53,002 nt of DNA from the IMG/VR virus record IMGVR_UViG_3300049732_000296, positions 1 to 53,002 of that record; one strand, 5' to 3'. The first letter of the stretch is position 1. The number at the start of each line of letters is the position of its first letter. Both the position numbers and the translations under genes were made by a program. Source of the DNA: a virus. Its lineage: Duplodnaviria; Caudoviricetes. Below, in pieces: positions 15,012-22,909 of the stretch. The notes under the pieces are model-generated. The model worked only from the letters and a program-made list of their open reading frames with translations. It did no database searches and had not been told where the DNA came from.

Positions 15012-18000
15012 CAGCTCCTCCCGGAGAACGGCGCGATGCGGCCGCGACGGATGAGCGCCTCGAGCTCCTCGGCGATCGCCTCGATGAACCGGCGCGGGAT
15101 CTCCTCCGAGAGCACCGGGGCGGCATTGGTGAACGAGATCGCGACCTCGGGGCCGCGGTTCACCAGCGTCTCGATGGCGCGTACGATCGCGCGCTGTGAC
15201 TCGACGCTCTCGCGGCCCGGACCGCCGGTGATCGTCAGGACCTCCGGAACTGGCGCGGCGACCGTCGCCCGCAAGCGGGAGATCTCGTCGCTGAAGTCCG
15301 GCGCCGACGGCGGCTCGAACCGTGAGCTGAGGTCAGCCAGGACGTCCTGGATATCGGTGAGTCCGAGGGTGCTCGCGACGTGGTCAGCAGCCGGCCCCTC
15401 CAGCGGCAGCACGGCCTCCTGGCGATCGTCCTCGCTGAGGTGGAACAGCCCCTCACGCCTGGTCAGCCCGCCCTCGCGCAGGCCGATTGCTCCACCACCG
15501 AGCGCGGCTCCGAAACCCGCGCCGGCGGCCGCAGCTCCTGGCGTGCCGGCGGAGACGAGGCCGAGGTGTGCCGCCGCGACCGCCGGGGCCGTCAGGTTGA
15601 TCGGGAACGGCGCCGCGGACATCGAGGCGAACGTGTTCGCGAACGTGAGCCCGAAGGCCTTGCCGAACTCCGCGGTGGCCTCGCTCGCGACGGTGGCGGC
15701 CGTCAGCTTGCCGACAACGAGCCGCCGCAGCCCCCACTCCAGGAGCAGGGCGATCGACTGTGCGGCGACGCCCTTGATGAGTCGGCCGAAGGATCCGGCA
15801 GCTTCCTGTCCGAAGACCACGGCCTGGCCCGCCCAATGGGACAGCGAGCTGATCCCCTGGTTGGCCAGGTCGCCGAAGTGCTCGCCGATCGTCTCGACGA
15901 AGAACTCGGAGTAGCCGATCAGCTCGTCGAAGAAGTCCTGCCACTGGTCCGTGGCCGGCGGCTCGGCGGCTTCCTGGGCGAGCCCGTTGAACCTCTCGAA
16001 GGCCTCCAGGTCGAAATCCGGCGTCGTCGGCGCCTCGAACTCCCCTCCTTCGAAGCCCGGGATCGCGAGCGGCTCGAAATCCTCTCTCAGCGCCTTGAGA
16101 ATGGTGACCCGGTCGATGAGCTTCTGGAGTCCCTCGCCGGCGGTACCGCCTGCGGTAGCGACCGCGTCGCCCATCGCGAGGATGTCGGGGCCGAGCGCCT
16201 CGAGAATCGACGACAGGTCCACGCCTTGCGCCACCGCGAGCTCGACCTGCGCGGTGAGATCTCTGGCGAACCGCTCCCCCATCGCCTCCGTTGCCAGGCC
16301 GAGCGATGCGAGGATCTTTTCGAGGTCCGCCTGGCCCTCGACGGCCTGCTGCGTGGCGGAGGCGAATCGCCTCTCCTCGTCGGCCGTCGATGCGATCGCG
16401 GCCTTGAGCTTCGCGAGCTGCTGTTCGGTCGTCCCGCCCGCCGCGACGATCTCCGCCGCCAGCTCGGGGAACTGCGCGGTCAGCGACTGCAGCTCCTTGT
16501 CCGGGTCGACGAGCGCGACGGCCTTCTTGAGCCTTTCGAGCTGCTCGACCGTCGTCCCGCCAGCGGCAACAGACGTGGCGGCGAGCTCGGGGAACCGCTG
16601 GGAGAGAGCACGCAATTCGTTCTGGGCATGCAGTAGAGGCGCGGCGAAGGACTCAACCGCTTGTCGAGCTGCCTCAGCGGCATCCCGAACTTCCTTGGGC
16701 AAAAGGTCAGCGCCAGATGCAAAGGTTGGCGGCGTGCGAAGACCGGATGGGATCACGACCGTCTTGGTGCTCGCTTCCGCGATCCTCTTGAGCAACCCTT
16801 CGGCGGCCTCGAGCGCTAGAACCTGCTCGTTGGTGATGACCACCAAGCCCTTGTCCACAGCCTTGCGGAGGCTGGCGACCGATACCTCCAGCGAGTTGAT
16901 CGAGCTGGGAAGCGGTGCCTTCTGTAGATCGCGCTCGAACATCTTCTCCAATGCGGCATCGATGCCCGAGAGCTGGGAGAACAGCCGACCGAGTCCGAAA
17001 CTCAGCGCCCCGACAGTCGCGACGAGCCCCACCATGCCGGCCTTCTGCGCGAGCGTGGCCGACGTCCAAACCGTCGTGAGGCTCGTGGTCCTGGCCATCG
17101 CAACCGCGGCTGTGTCGTTCATCAGGGCGAGACGGAGCAGCGCAGCACTGAACGTTCCGGTGGCGGCGGAGGCCTGGCCGAAGAGCCTAATGGTCGTCCC
17201 GGTAACGATGAGCAGCGGGCCCGTTGCGGCCACGACGGCGCCGACGCCGATGACGACATCCCTGGTGCCCTCGTCCATCTCGCCAAAGGCCTGGGCGAAG
17301 TCCGCCCCGAGATTGGCGACGCGCAGCAGTACCGGGGCGAGCTGCCCCCCCAGGTCGATCGCGACGTCGTTGATGCGTTGCCGAGCCAGCTGCAATTGGG
17401 CGGCGTTGGTCTCCGCGCGTTTCCCGAACTCGGTCTGGAGCGCCGTAGCCTCGGACCATGCGTCCGAGCCCTGCTGGAGCGCGGCGGTCATCTGGTCCGC
17501 CGCGGCGCTCGAGCGGAGGAGAGCGTCACGGACGCGCACGTTCTCGAGCCCGAGCTGCTCGAGGACACCGAAGACGTTGCCTCCGCGTTCCTCGAGGGTG
17601 CCGAGACCCTCGATGAAGCGGCGCACGGCCTCTGCGGCGTCCTCCTCGAACAGGGTCCGGAACTCCTCGACCGAGAGCCCAGCGGTCTCCGCGAAGGTCC
17701 GGAGCCGCTCGTCCCCGGTCCGGACCGACTTGGCGATCTCGATGAACGTGCGGCTGACCGCGGTCCCGCCCGCCTCGGCCTCGACCCCGACGCTCGCGAG
17801 CGCGGCCGCGTAGGCCAGGACGTCGGCCTCGCTCAGGTTCAGCTGGCGGCCGGCACCGGCGATCCGGAGGCCCATCTCGAGGATCTCGCCTTCCGTCGCG
17901 GCGAACTTGTTCCCCAGCTCGACGATGGTCGACGCCAGGCGCTCACTATCGGAGATGGACGTCCCCATGATGTTCGAGAAGCGCGCCAGCCCGACCGCGC

Positions 18001-18520
18001 CCTGCTCGCCGGCGAGGTTCGTCGTGGCTCCGAGCTTGGCGATGGTCGCGGTGAACCCGACGAGCTCTGGGGCCTTCACGCCGATCTGGCCGGCGATCTC
18101 CGCGATGCGGTTCAGTTCGTTGACTTCGATGGGGATGGCGTTGGGACCCGCGGCGAGATCTCGGATCCCCTGTCGAATCTGGCCCAGCTCTTCGTCCGTG
18201 GCATCGATCGTCTTCCGGACTCCGGCGAAGCTGCTCTCAAAGTCGAGTGCGGCTTTCGTCGATGCTGCACCGATCGCGAGAACGGGGGCCGAGGCGAGCA
18301 AGGAGAAGTCGGTGCCGAAGGTCCGGATCCGGCTGCCGACGCGGTCGAGATCTCGGGAGACGTCGTCGAAGCTCCGGCGCGTGGCGGCCGCGGATCGGCT
18401 CGCGGCCTGCTCGACGCCGGTCGAGATCCCCGTCAGCTTCTGTTCCGTGACCCGGGCGAATCGATCGACAACGACGGTGCCGTCGTCCCGTACGGTCAGG
18501 ACCAGCTGGACGTTCGCCAT
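15011..18520 (-). CDS. tail tape measure protein (TP901-type)
   Basis: 1169 aa helical; FESSFAGVRKT, LGNKFAATEGEI, EAEAGGTA motifs; TM segments. Confidence 0.95.
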   Translation of the reverse strand: MANVQLVLTVRDDGTVVVDRFARVTEQKLTGISTGVEQAASRSAAATRRSFDDVSRDLDRVGSRIRTFGTDFSLLASAPVLAIGAASTKAALDFESSFAGVRKTIDATDEELGQIRQGIRDLAAGPNAIPIEVNELNRIAEIAGQIGVKAPELVGFTATIAKLGATTNLAGEQGAVGLARFSNIMGTSISDSERLASTIVELGNKFAATEGEILEMGLRIAGAGRQLNLSEADVLAYAAALASVGVEAEAGGTAVSRTFIEIAKSVRTGDERLRTFAETAGLSVEEFRTLFEEDAAEAVRRFIEGLGTLEERGGNVFGVLEQLGLENVRVRDALLRSSAAADQMTAALQQGSDAWSEATALQTEFGKRAETNAAQLQLARQRINDVAIDLGGQLAPVLLRVANLGADFAQAFGEMDEGTRDVVIGVGAVVAATGPLLIVTGTTIRLFGQASAATGTFSAALLRLALMNDTAAVAMARTTSLTTVWTSATLAQKAGMVGLVATVGALSFGLGRLFSQLSGIDAALEKMFERDLQKAPLPSSINSLEVSVASLRKAVDKGLVVITNEQVLALEAAEGLLKRIAEASTKTVVIPSGLRTPPTFASGADLLPKEVRDAAEAARQAVESFAAPLLHAQNELRALSQRFPELAATSVAAGGTTVEQLERLKKAVALVDPDKELQSLTAQFPELAAEIVAAGGTTEQQLAKLKAAIASTADEERRFASATQQAVEGQADLEKILASLGLATEAMGERFARDLTAQVELAVAQGVDLSSILEALGPDILAMGDAVATAGGTAGEGLQKLIDRVTILKALREDFEPLAIPGFEGGEFEAPTTPDFDLEAFERFNGLAQEAAEPPATDQWQDFFDELIGYSEFFVETIGEHFGDLANQGISSLSHWAGQAVVFGQEAAGSFGRLIKGVAAQSIALLLEWGLRRLVVGKLTAATVASEATAEFGKAFGLTFANTFASMSAAPFPINLTAPAVAAAHLGLVSAGTPGAAAAGAGFGAALGGGAIGLREGGLTRREGLFHLSEDDRQEAVLPLEGPAADHVASTLGLTDIQDVLADLSSRFEPPSAPDFSDEISRLRATVAAPVPEVLTITGGPGRESVESQRAIVRAIETLVNRGPEVAISFTNAAPVLSEEIPRRFIEAIAEELEALIRRGRIAPFSGRS

Positions 18521-18910
18521 CTACGTGCCCTTCGCAGCTCTCAGGTCCGCCAGTCCGGCATCGATCTCGTCGAGCTCGGCGACGAAGTCCAGGAAGTCAC
18601 GCCCGGTCATCGCGCCCGCCGTGGCCTCGATGACCTCCCGCTGCAGGCCGAATCTCCGGACGGACGGGCGGCTGAGGCCCATGAACGCCGTCCACGCCCT
18701 GCCCGAGCCCTCCGGCATGCGGTTCTCCTTGGAGTGCCAGTACAGCGGGCACCGCTGGCAATCCGCGTCCGACGCCAGTTCTAGGCCGGCCTCGGCTCGC
18801 TGTTCAGCGCATGCGCCGCAGGACCTGGGGCCGCGGTAGCTCTCCCAGAAGCCGGCCTCGGTGGCCGCGAAGTCCCGGAAGGCCCCAGCGCGGCCCCGTG
18901 TCCGTTTCCC
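18521..18910 (-). CDS. tail assembly chaperone, -1 frameshift extension (gpGT-like)
   Basis: -1 frame entered at G GGA AAC (18904-18910), ends adjacent to tape measure start. Confidence 0.75.
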   Translation of the reverse strand, partial: GKRTRGRAGAFRDFAATEAGFWESYRGPRSCGACAEQRAEAGLELASDADCQRCPLYWHSKENRMPEGSGRAWTAFMGLSRPSVRRFGLQREVIEATAGAMTGRDFLDFVAELDEIDAGLADLRAAKGT

Positions 18911-19302
18911 CGTCCGGCTCCGTGCCGGTTCATCAGGTGGATCAGGATCGCGCCGACGACCCCGGGGTTGATGACACCGTTCGTGAGGTACTCGGGGTCG
19001 AACTCCACGGGGAGGTAGCGCGGCGGATCGCTGCCGTCGACCCATGCCACGACGTTCTCCCAGCCGACGATCTTCTTCGCGCCGCGCTCCCGGATGAAGG
19101 CCATCCAGCGCTGCCGGCCCTCGCCCTCGCGGTTCTGCCCGATCGGCATTGCGTAGGTGTCGTCGAAGTCCCACGGCGTGCACAGGAAGACCGTGTCGTT
19201 CGGGTCGGGCGGGGCCTCGCCGGGAGCGAGCTCCTTCCCGACCAGGCCGTGCTCGTCGATCACGAGCCTGATGCGGCCCCCCGAGGGATGGATGATCAGC
19301 AT
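18781..19302 (-). CDS. tail assembly chaperone (gpG-like)
   Basis: MLIIHPSGG..., between major tail and tape measure genes; contains slippery heptamer. Confidence 0.75.
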   Translation of the reverse strand: MLIIHPSGGRIRLVIDEHGLVGKELAPGEAPPDPNDTVFLCTPWDFDDTYAMPIGQNREGEGRQRWMAFIRERGAKKIVGWENVVAWVDGSDPPRYLPVEFDPEYLTNGVINPGVVGAILIHLMNRHGAGRGNGHGAALGPSGTSRPPRPASGRATAAPGPAAHALNSEPRPA

Positions 19303-19328
19303 GCTGTACCTCCCTGGCGATCCTGGTC

Positions 19329-20444
19329 CTAGCCGCCCTGCGCGATGCCAGCGGTCTGCTCGCTGTTCTGGAGCCGCGCGCGGAACGGATCCGCGCCGGC
19401 GACGACCCACGCCCAGTCGGAGCCGTTGACGGCCTCCTGGGGCGTCTTGATGTTGAACGGGATGGTCACCGGGATCTTCTGACCGGGACCCGGAACGTTG
19501 ATCGTGAAGTCCTCGGGGATGATGAGGTGCGGGAAGTCCCAGGCGAGCCGGTACTTCTTTGCCGTCGCGGTCCCCGGAATGCTCCGGCCGGTCCAGATGA
19601 CCTGGGCCTTGTACTTCGCCGGCTCGCGGTCGGCGTTCTGGGCCTGAGCGAGCTGCGCGATGTCGTCGTTCTGGTCCTTGTATCGCGCCATCGTGAGGAT
19701 GAGCTTCGCCTCGGGGAACCCGTTGTTCGTCGGCTCTCCGGTACGCCCCGCGTTGCTGCCGGACTCGTAGTCCCCGGTCTGCTTCCGATCGAGCGTGATC
19801 TGGGCGTTCGTGACGAGAAACTCGTCGCCAGGCGCGAGGTTCCCCTCGGCGCCAGTGATCTGCTTCAGCAGGACCTGCACCTGCTGGAAGATCGCCATGA
19901 GCGCGCGAGAGGGCGCGGTCGCCGCATCGAGGTTCGTCTGGTCGTTGGCGGCCGACGCGCCGCGCAGGACCTGGTCGAAGACCGTCCCCCACCCGGCCAT
20001 GAGCTTGCTCTCCTCGTGGTTGAGGTCGAGCTTCGTGAGCTTCAGCGAAGGCCGCTCCCAGATGCGCGCGCCCCCGAGGCCACCGTCGTTGATCATCGTG
20101 CCGTAGTAGCCGTCGTTCGTCGGCTTGAACGGCATGACATGTTCGTACGCGATGCCGGCCTCGGTCTCCGTGACGGCGTCGGCACCCATGAACAGGGCGA
20201 GCAGGCGCTCGAACCCGAGATAGCGCACGGTCTGCTTGAAGTCGCCCTGCGCGACGACGTTCCCCTGCATCGACCCTTGCGACAGCGAGTCCCCGACGTT
20301 CTCGTCGGCGATGTCCTCGGGGACGCCGCCGCTCAGGTTCTCGCTGGAGATCAGGATCTCGTCCTCGGCGGCGATCTGGACGGCGGTCCCCCACGCGGTC
20401 CCACGCCGGAATGCCCATTTCTGGTCGGCTGCTGTGCCACTCAT
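19329..20444 (-). CDS. major tail (tube) protein
   Basis: 371 aa, GGAGG RBS, position before chaperones; beta-rich. Confidence 0.8.
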   Translation of the reverse strand: MSGTAADQKWAFRRGTAWGTAVQIAAEDEILISSENLSGGVPEDIADENVGDSLSQGSMQGNVVAQGDFKQTVRYLGFERLLALFMGADAVTETEAGIAYEHVMPFKPTNDGYYGTMINDGGLGGARIWERPSLKLTKLDLNHEESKLMAGWGTVFDQVLRGASAANDQTNLDAATAPSRALMAIFQQVQVLLKQITGAEGNLAPGDEFLVTNAQITLDRKQTGDYESGSNAGRTGEPTNNGFPEAKLILTMARYKDQNDDIAQLAQAQNADREPAKYKAQVIWTGRSIPGTATAKKYRLAWDFPHLIIPEDFTINVPGPGQKIPVTIPFNIKTPQEAVNGSDWAWVVAGADPFRARLQNSEQTAGIAQGG

Positions 20445-20494
20445 CGTCCGAACCTCCTATCTGGGCGTTTCCGGCGCCCGTTATCTCGAGCTGC

Positions 20495-21544
20495 TCAGTG
20501 CGGTACTTCCTCGTGGAACACGACATCGATCTGGACCAGGTGGCCCTTCAACCCGATGCCCTTGATCTCCCCGGCTTCGACCGGCGTCGCCCACCGCGGC
20601 CGGTCGGCGAGGTAGCCCATGTAGTTCGGGCCCGTGCACAGGTCCCCGAACTCCGTTGTCTTGCGCGACAGGGCCCCGAGGATCTCCGTGGCGGCATGGC
20701 GCAGCGCCGCGGCTTGCGTGTCGCCCTTCTCCCACTGGTAGAACCCGATCAGGCGTACGCGTGCGCGCCACTCGTCCGAGCCGTTCGTGAGCGGCAGCGT
20801 GGTGATCTCGGGCTGCATGAGCCAGAACCGCGTGACGTTCTGCCCGAGACGCGTCGGGTCATCGAACAGCCCGGGGACGTCGAGCTGCAGGACGCCGTTC
20901 TCCTCGAGGACCTTGGCAGACTGCCAGAACTTCTCTTCGGTGTAGACCTTGCCGACGTTGACGTCCACGGCTTCGATGATCGGCTTCAGCTTCGCCAGGA
21001 AGGCTTCGACGTCGGCGCCCGTGATCTCCTCCATCTGCACAAGATCCAGGAGCCACGTGCGCTGGGAGAAGTTCGGCAGGCCACCCGCGTAGTGGGTCTC
21101 GAAGCCGAACTTGTAGGCCGCCGAGGTCGCGAGGAACGGCGCCGTGATGATCCGGTGCCAGTCGTTCGTCGGGACGTCCGCCTCGGTCAGCGTGCGGTGG
21201 ATGCCCCATGAGCCCCCGAGGTCGTAGGGGTGAAGCACGATCCTCAGAGGCATGCCGGCCGGGCCATTGGGACCGTTCAACGCTTCGTTGCGGTGCGCCC
21301 AGAGCATCGGGCGGTAGCGCCGGTCCCGCTCGGTCGGGATGACGTAATCGTCTCGCCACAAGATCACGCCCGAGACATGGTTTTGGACGTTCAGCTCGCC
21401 GCGCACGAAGAACTTCCAGGTGCCTTCCTTCGCGAGGTAGGCGCCCGCACCGTTCGCCTCGCGGCCGCTGTTGCCGGGGAACTCCGGAGGTAGGCCGGCC
21501 GTCTCCGCGTTGCCGTTCAAGGCCGCCATGGCGTCGGGGCCCAT
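20495..21544 (-). CDS. putative tail terminator with N-terminal extra (CBM-like) domain
   Basis: Position between gp10-like and tail tube genes; C-terminal about 170 aa terminator-like. Confidence 0.5.
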   Translation of the reverse strand: MGPDAMAALNGNAETAGLPPEFPGNSGREANGAGAYLAKEGTWKFFVRGELNVQNHVSGVILWRDDYVIPTERDRRYRPMLWAHRNEALNGPNGPAGMPLRIVLHPYDLGGSWGIHRTLTEADVPTNDWHRIITAPFLATSAAYKFGFETHYAGGLPNFSQRTWLLDLVQMEEITGADVEAFLAKLKPIIEAVDVNVGKVYTEEKFWQSAKVLEENGVLQLDVPGLFDDPTRLGQNVTRFWLMQPEITTLPLTNGSDEWRARVRLIGFYQWEKGDTQAAALRHAATEILGALSRKTTEFGDLCTGPNYMGYLADRPRWATPVEAGEIKGIGLKGHLVQIDVVFHEEVPH

Positions 21545-22098
21545 CAGAACCTCTGCGCCCAGGCGTCCACGGTGCGCCGGATGCGAGCCTCGAGCACGGG
21601 CTTGTACTTCGTCTCGGCACCTTCGAAAATCTTGCGGCCCGGCATGCCGCGTCGGCCGATGGCGCGAGCGATCACGAACGCTACCGACCTGATCACCGAG
21701 GCCTTGCGCCGGCGGCTCGCGATCCGGAGGTCGGCGTCGAGATCGAACTGCCCGCGGCGAATCTTCAACTCCACCCAGCGTTCGATGACCCTGAGTGGCG
21801 GAGCTGTGCGTCCCGGTCGTCGGCCGAGCTCGATCACCGGCCAATGGCTCGCGGTGGCGACGACCGAACCGGTGACTTCGAGGCTGCCGGAGGACGTCCG
21901 GACCTGCGGCTCGCTGCTGTGGACGCTTCCGACCGCCTCGCCCATGAAAACCGGGGTGCCGGTCTTGATGAATCCCTCGGCGTCGATCTGCGTCCGCGCG
22001 ACGTCGCGCTCGAGCTTCGTATGGAGAGCGCTCGACTGCCGCGCGGCATAGGCCGGCAGCCTCGTCGCATGGCTCGCATCGATCGTCGCTCTCAGCAT
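21544..22098 (-). CDS. HK97 gp10-like neck/tail completion protein
   Basis: TPVFMG, IELGRRPG..PP...IERWV, AFVIARAIGRRG motifs. Confidence 0.8.
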   Translation of the reverse strand: MLRATIDASHATRLPAYAARQSSALHTKLERDVARTQIDAEGFIKTGTPVFMGEAVGSVHSSEPQVRTSSGSLEVTGSVVATASHWPVIELGRRPGRTAPPLRVIERWVELKIRRGQFDLDADLRIASRRRKASVIRSVAFVIARAIGRRGMPGRKIFEGAETKYKPVLEARIRRTVDAWAQRF

Positions 22099-22099
22099 C

Positions 22100-22837
22100 T
22101 CAGAACCATCCCGCGCCGCGGCCATGACCGATGTACCGGGAGTCCCCGAGCTCGGAGTCGGGCTCCCACTCGATCGCTCCGCCGGCGCCGGCGACGTCTT
22201 GCGTGCGCGGCTTCAGAACCTCGTCGGCGGCCGCGCGGAGCTCCTCGGCGCGCTTAGCCCAGCGCTTGGCGATCCCGCCCAGGTCGATCTGATCGGCGCC
22301 CAGGCTCGCGTCCTCCTGATCCGATGCGGTGCGCGCGACCCACGCGGCCAGCTTGCTCGCGATCAGGCTGATGAACCCCTCGTCCAGGGTGTTCGCAATC
22401 GTGGTGTCATCCGCGTTGTCGTCGTCGATCACCCACGGCGTCCGGTAGTGGATCCGCAGGGTTCGATCGCCTACCGGGCTCGACAGCCGGAGGACGTCCT
22501 CGTCGTCTGTGCTCTTCTCCTGGCGCCAGTTCTCCTCGGGAACCGGCGTCGTCAGCTCCTCGTCGGTCCCCGGATCGGTGACCAGCTCGAGCCGCATGAT
22601 CTGCTCGGTGCCGTTGCTCCAGCTGGCGATCTCGTCCTCGAGGACCCACCGGCGCTTGACGTTGTCGCCGACGATCTCGTGGATCCGCACGTGTGGATGG
22701 AGGCGGTCGAGTGTGTCCTTCGCGTCGGCCAGCGCGTCGTCTTGCGCCGCGTCCGGAGGCCGGAGCTTGGACGACGACTCCAGGTTCCCGAGCCGGGTCA
22801 CCGCCTGCGCCTTGTATTCCGTGCTGGTCTTCGCCAT
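22100..22837 (-). CDS. head-tail adaptor protein
   Basis: 245 aa directly after capsid gene. Confidence 0.6.
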   Translation of the reverse strand: MAKTSTEYKAQAVTRLGNLESSSKLRPPDAAQDDALADAKDTLDRLHPHVRIHEIVGDNVKRRWVLEDEIASWSNGTEQIMRLELVTDPGTDEELTTPVPEENWRQEKSTDDEDVLRLSSPVGDRTLRIHYRTPWVIDDDNADDTTIANTLDEGFISLIASKLAAWVARTASDQEDASLGADQIDLGGIAKRWAKRAEELRAAADEVLKPRTQDVAGAGGAIEWEPDSELGDSRYIGHGRGAGWF

Positions 22838-22909
22838 CGGTTCCTATGGGGGGCGGGCCCACCGTGATTGGCGAGCCCGCCCCAGGGGGGTTTGGCCGTC
22901 AGTCAGCGA

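Noticed and set aside
14100-18839. Long plus-strand ORFs (e.g. 14100..15914, 15951..17813), also 35461..37065 and 39450..41315
   Set aside because: Antisense shadows of real high-GC genes; no motifs or RBS
22851-22882. Intrinsic terminator after the capsid gene
   Set aside because: GC hairpin present but no U-tract on the coding strand
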